A DNA stretch of 64,000 bases, from NCBI GenBank assembly GCA_020850015.1, contig JADZFF010000181.1:4939-68938 (forward strand). The letters run 5' to 3'. The notes beneath the pieces are model-generated. The model was not told where the DNA came from. It saw only the letters and a list, made by a program, of their open reading frames with translations, and did not search any database. The DNA is from Bdellovibrionales bacterium (GTDB lineage Bacteria; Bdellovibrionota; UBA1018; JADZFF01). The position numbers and the translations under genes are program-made. Of this stretch, positions 62,526 to 64,000 are shown piece by piece; the first letter of the stretch is position 1, and the number at the start of each line of letters is the position of its first letter.

Positions 62526-62732
62526 GCCGCCTTCAAGATTTTGATGACGTCGCCCCAAAAATTGACCGCTGTCTTGAATCTTAATCTTGAACTTCCTGAT
62601 CTTCATACCAAGCCTCCGAGATTTCTGACCTCTGCTGCGAAGTCGTCATAAAGCCGCTCGTTCGACCGTGAAACAATAAGGGCATGCCTCACCGCCGTGA
62701 ACGCGCGAACAGTAGGAAGAGCCCGCCCAGAC
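62526..62732. repeat. decayed duplicate of the TumE/TumA cassette (tumE 3' end, frameshifted tumA 5' end, upstream leader)
   Basis: 62526-62660 aligns to 63552-63685, with 3 mismatches in the last 98 nt by hand alignment. 62670-62732 aligns to 63932-63992, with about 9 substitutions and a 2-nt indel. The tumE body between them is deleted in this copy. Confidence 0.8.
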
Positions 62733-62824
62733 CTGGTGCCGAATTAAGTGCTCGTTTTTATCGTTTTTTATGGACGGCTGGCTTGACTGGGACGGCCTAG
62801 TTTCCACTACTTAGGCCCGGCTAT

Positions 62825-62840
62825 GTCCTACGAATAGGAC
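62825..62840 (-). terminator. stem-loop downstream of higA (6-bp stem, UUCG loop on the transcript)
   Basis: gtccta-cgaa-taggac lies about 22 nt after the higA stop. No U-tract follows, so terminator function is uncertain. Confidence 0.25.
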
Positions 62841-62861
62841 AAGCACCTTCGTTACGAAATC

Positions 62862-63140
62862 CTATGTCGCAATCGGCTTAGGCAACTTCCGAATCTTACC
62901 GCTCGCCTTGAACAGATCCACCGCTTTCTGAGCATTGAGCCAGAAATCCGGCGTCGTACCCAGAGCGGCGCTCAACATCAGCGCCATCTCAGCAGTTACC
63001 GAAGTCCGCTCATTTACGATCCGGTTGATGACCTTCACGTCGCAGCCAATATGCTTGGCCAGAGCACCCTGCGTAAGCTCCAGAGGCTTCAGAAACTCTT
63101 CCGCCAGGATCTCCCCGGGGCTCGTCGGCTTGCGTTTCAT
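62862..63140 (-). CDS. higA: HigA-family HTH (XRE) antitoxin, no cognate HigB seen
   Basis: MKRKPTSPGEILAEEFLKPLELTQGALAKHIGCDVKVINRIVNERTSVTAEMALMLSAALGTTPDFWLNAQ is canonical HigA. The track ORF extends to a TTG at 63251 that overlaps the tumA-like stop. Confidence 0.75.
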   Translation of the reverse strand: MKRKPTSPGEILAEEFLKPLELTQGALAKHIGCDVKVINRIVNERTSVTAEMALMLSAALGTTPDFWLNAQKAVDLFKASGKIRKLPKPIAT

Positions 63141-63247
63141 CGAAGACCGAATGCCGGGACTCACGGAAACGGACTTCGACTCGTCCCATTCCGCCGGGCG
63201 GTACCGATACACACTTCGCTTCGATTTTGTCCTAGATTTCATGACTC

Positions 63248-63631
63248 TCAAACCGCGATATCAAAGCCGTCCCAGTTGTACTCGGGCAAGAGGGCTTCGC
63301 GCTTCTGCCCCTTCTTCCGCACCTTCTTGAGCTCGATGATCCCGTACGCCGCAAGTTCATGAATATCCCGATGCACATTGGGCAATGAGCGCCCGAGGAG
63401 CTTCGCAAGCTGATAGATCGACTCTGGCTTGCGATCCCGCACCGCTTGGATCAGGCGAATCCTCTCGGCACCGAAAATCTTCGACAGCCAGGAGATGTCC
63501 GGGAACGAAAGCACCAGGTCGTACCCGTCCTCGTGCAGCTTCTTCTTCTCAGCCGCTTTCCAGGTTTTGATGACGTCGTCCCTGAACTGACCGCTGTCTT
63601 GAACCTTGATCTTGAACTTCCTGATCTTCAT
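63248..63631 (-). CDS. TumA-like HTH antitoxin/regulator (partner of the DUF6516 toxin)
   Basis: N-terminal beta/alpha segment, then LRLIQAVRDRKPESIYQLAKLLGRSLPNVHRDIHELAAYGIIEL (wHTH). This is the architecture I recall for regulators paired with TumE-family proteins. ATGA overlap with the upstream gene. Confidence 0.7.
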   Translation of the reverse strand: MKIRKFKIKVQDSGQFRDDVIKTWKAAEKKKLHEDGYDLVLSFPDISWLSKIFGAERIRLIQAVRDRKPESIYQLAKLLGRSLPNVHRDIHELAAYGIIELKKVRKKGQKREALLPEYNWDGFDIAV

Positions 63632-63903
63632 ACCAAGCCTCCGAGATTTCTGAACTCTGCTGCGAAGTCGTCATAAAGCCGCTCGATGCTCACAAGCCGG
63701 TACTTCCGCTCCACTCCATCGACATGCATGTGGTCGTGCTTGCCGTGATGGTTGTCGAAAAGTACGCGGCAGACGCCCTTTTCTACCCAAGCGAACCGAT
63801 ACCTCACACCGTGCGGCCGCCATCGATCCGCAGGGATCTCATCGATCGAAATCTCGATGAAGCTGCCATCAGGAAGATCACGACGCGCGAGTTTAGGGCT
63901 CAC
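63628..63903 (-). CDS. TumE-family (DUF6516) toxin-like protein
   Basis: LPDGSFIEISIDEIP...HGVRYRFAWVEKGVCRVLFDNHHGKHDHMHVDGVERKYRL matches the DUF6516 pattern (YRF.W....R.DN..GK.DH.H) as I recall it. Confidence 0.7.
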   Translation of the reverse strand: MSPKLARRDLPDGSFIEISIDEIPADRWRPHGVRYRFAWVEKGVCRVLFDNHHGKHDHMHVDGVERKYRLVSIERLYDDFAAEFRNLGGLV

Positions 63904-63916
63904 ACCCTTATCCTAT

Positions 63917-63932
63917 CAAGATAACTATCTTG
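63917..63932. promoter_or_regulatory. perfect palindrome caagata-ac-tatcttg upstream of tumE (candidate autoregulatory operator)
   Basis: 7-bp arms with a 2-nt spacer, 14 nt upstream of the tumE-like start codon. The palindrome is absent from the decayed copy. Confidence 0.35.
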
Positions 63933-64000
63933 AAACAATAATGGTATGCCTCCCCGACGTAAACGCGCAAACAGCAGGAAGCCCACCTAGACGCAGCGTC

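Noticed and set aside
62821-62845. tRNA fragment or attachment site next to the TA islet (T-loop-like gtcctacgaataggac).
   Set aside because: Only a 6-bp stem with a tetraloop is present. There is no acceptor or anticodon arm context and no GTTCGAATC-type T-loop. It is kept only as a weak terminator-like hairpin.
62661-62861. Integron-type attC sites or a cassette array separating the HigA and TumE/TumA units.
   Set aside because: The repeated segments correspond to the leader and gene ends of the TA operon itself. I found no RYYYAAC/GTTRRRY core-site pairs and no intI gene. Tandem duplication plus decay explains the pattern better.
63141-63247. Remnant of a HigB/RelE toxin between the tumA-like gene and higA.
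   Set aside because: Translating all three frames of the minus strand gives nothing resembling HigB C-terminal motifs. The space (107 nt) is too short for a toxin.

Overview
GC-rich, very compact bacterial chromosome segment. About 65 protein genes are packed tightly, and many adjacent genes overlap by 1-4 nt (ATGA, GTGA or TTGA junctions). Gene content indicates a Gram-negative envelope (lgt, lspA, outer-membrane proteins, an L,D-transpeptidase, AmpG). It resembles the 'delta'-type lineages (Bdellovibrionota or Myxococcota-like), but the taxon cannot be fixed from this window.

Layout:
- 1-9.3 kb: one long minus-strand array. It runs infA, GAF, nucleotidyltransferase, lspA, lgt, a PlsY-fold protein, a BtuFCD-type ABC importer and an alpha-carbonic anhydrase. 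galU and an OMP gene lie at the left edge.
- 9.3-15.9 kb: a heme-biosynthesis operon (hemA, hemC-D fusion, hemL, hemE) with a two-component system embedded in it.
- 16-25 kb: a type-2 ileS, arginine/proline catabolism genes and small membrane proteins.
- 25.2-25.9 kb: a disrupted DUF4442 gene followed by a 201-nt perfect-hairpin element.
- 26-36 kb: PaaI thioesterase, AmpG, an ABC pair, a PLD-family protein, a GMC oxidoreductase, tadA and a PilZ protein.
- 36-43.6 kb: AAA ATPase, yggS, maf and a partner-switching module (kinase-like protein, STAS protein, HAMP-PP2C phosphatase).
- 43.6-55.5 kb: FNR, a secreted FCP1-like phosphatase, an amidinotransferase, a CPA2 antiporter, a GT39 glycosyltransferase, a secreted gluzincin and a 14-blade SBBP lipoprotein.
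- 55.5-62.5 kb: an accessory-looking block bounded by AT-rich promoter regions. It holds an L,D-transpeptidase, a CheY-like regulator, an Ig-like protein, a PAS histidine kinase and a second gluzincin.
- 62.5-64 kb: a toxin-antitoxin islet (TumE/TumA-like pair, HigA) with a decayed duplicate copy.

I recognised no rRNA, tRNA, CRISPR array, transposase, integrase, reverse transcriptase or phage gene. I found no unambiguous new multi-gene defence or mobile system, so the findings are candidate oddities ranked by interest. Many long ORFs in the six-frame track are antisense artefacts of the high GC content and are not called.
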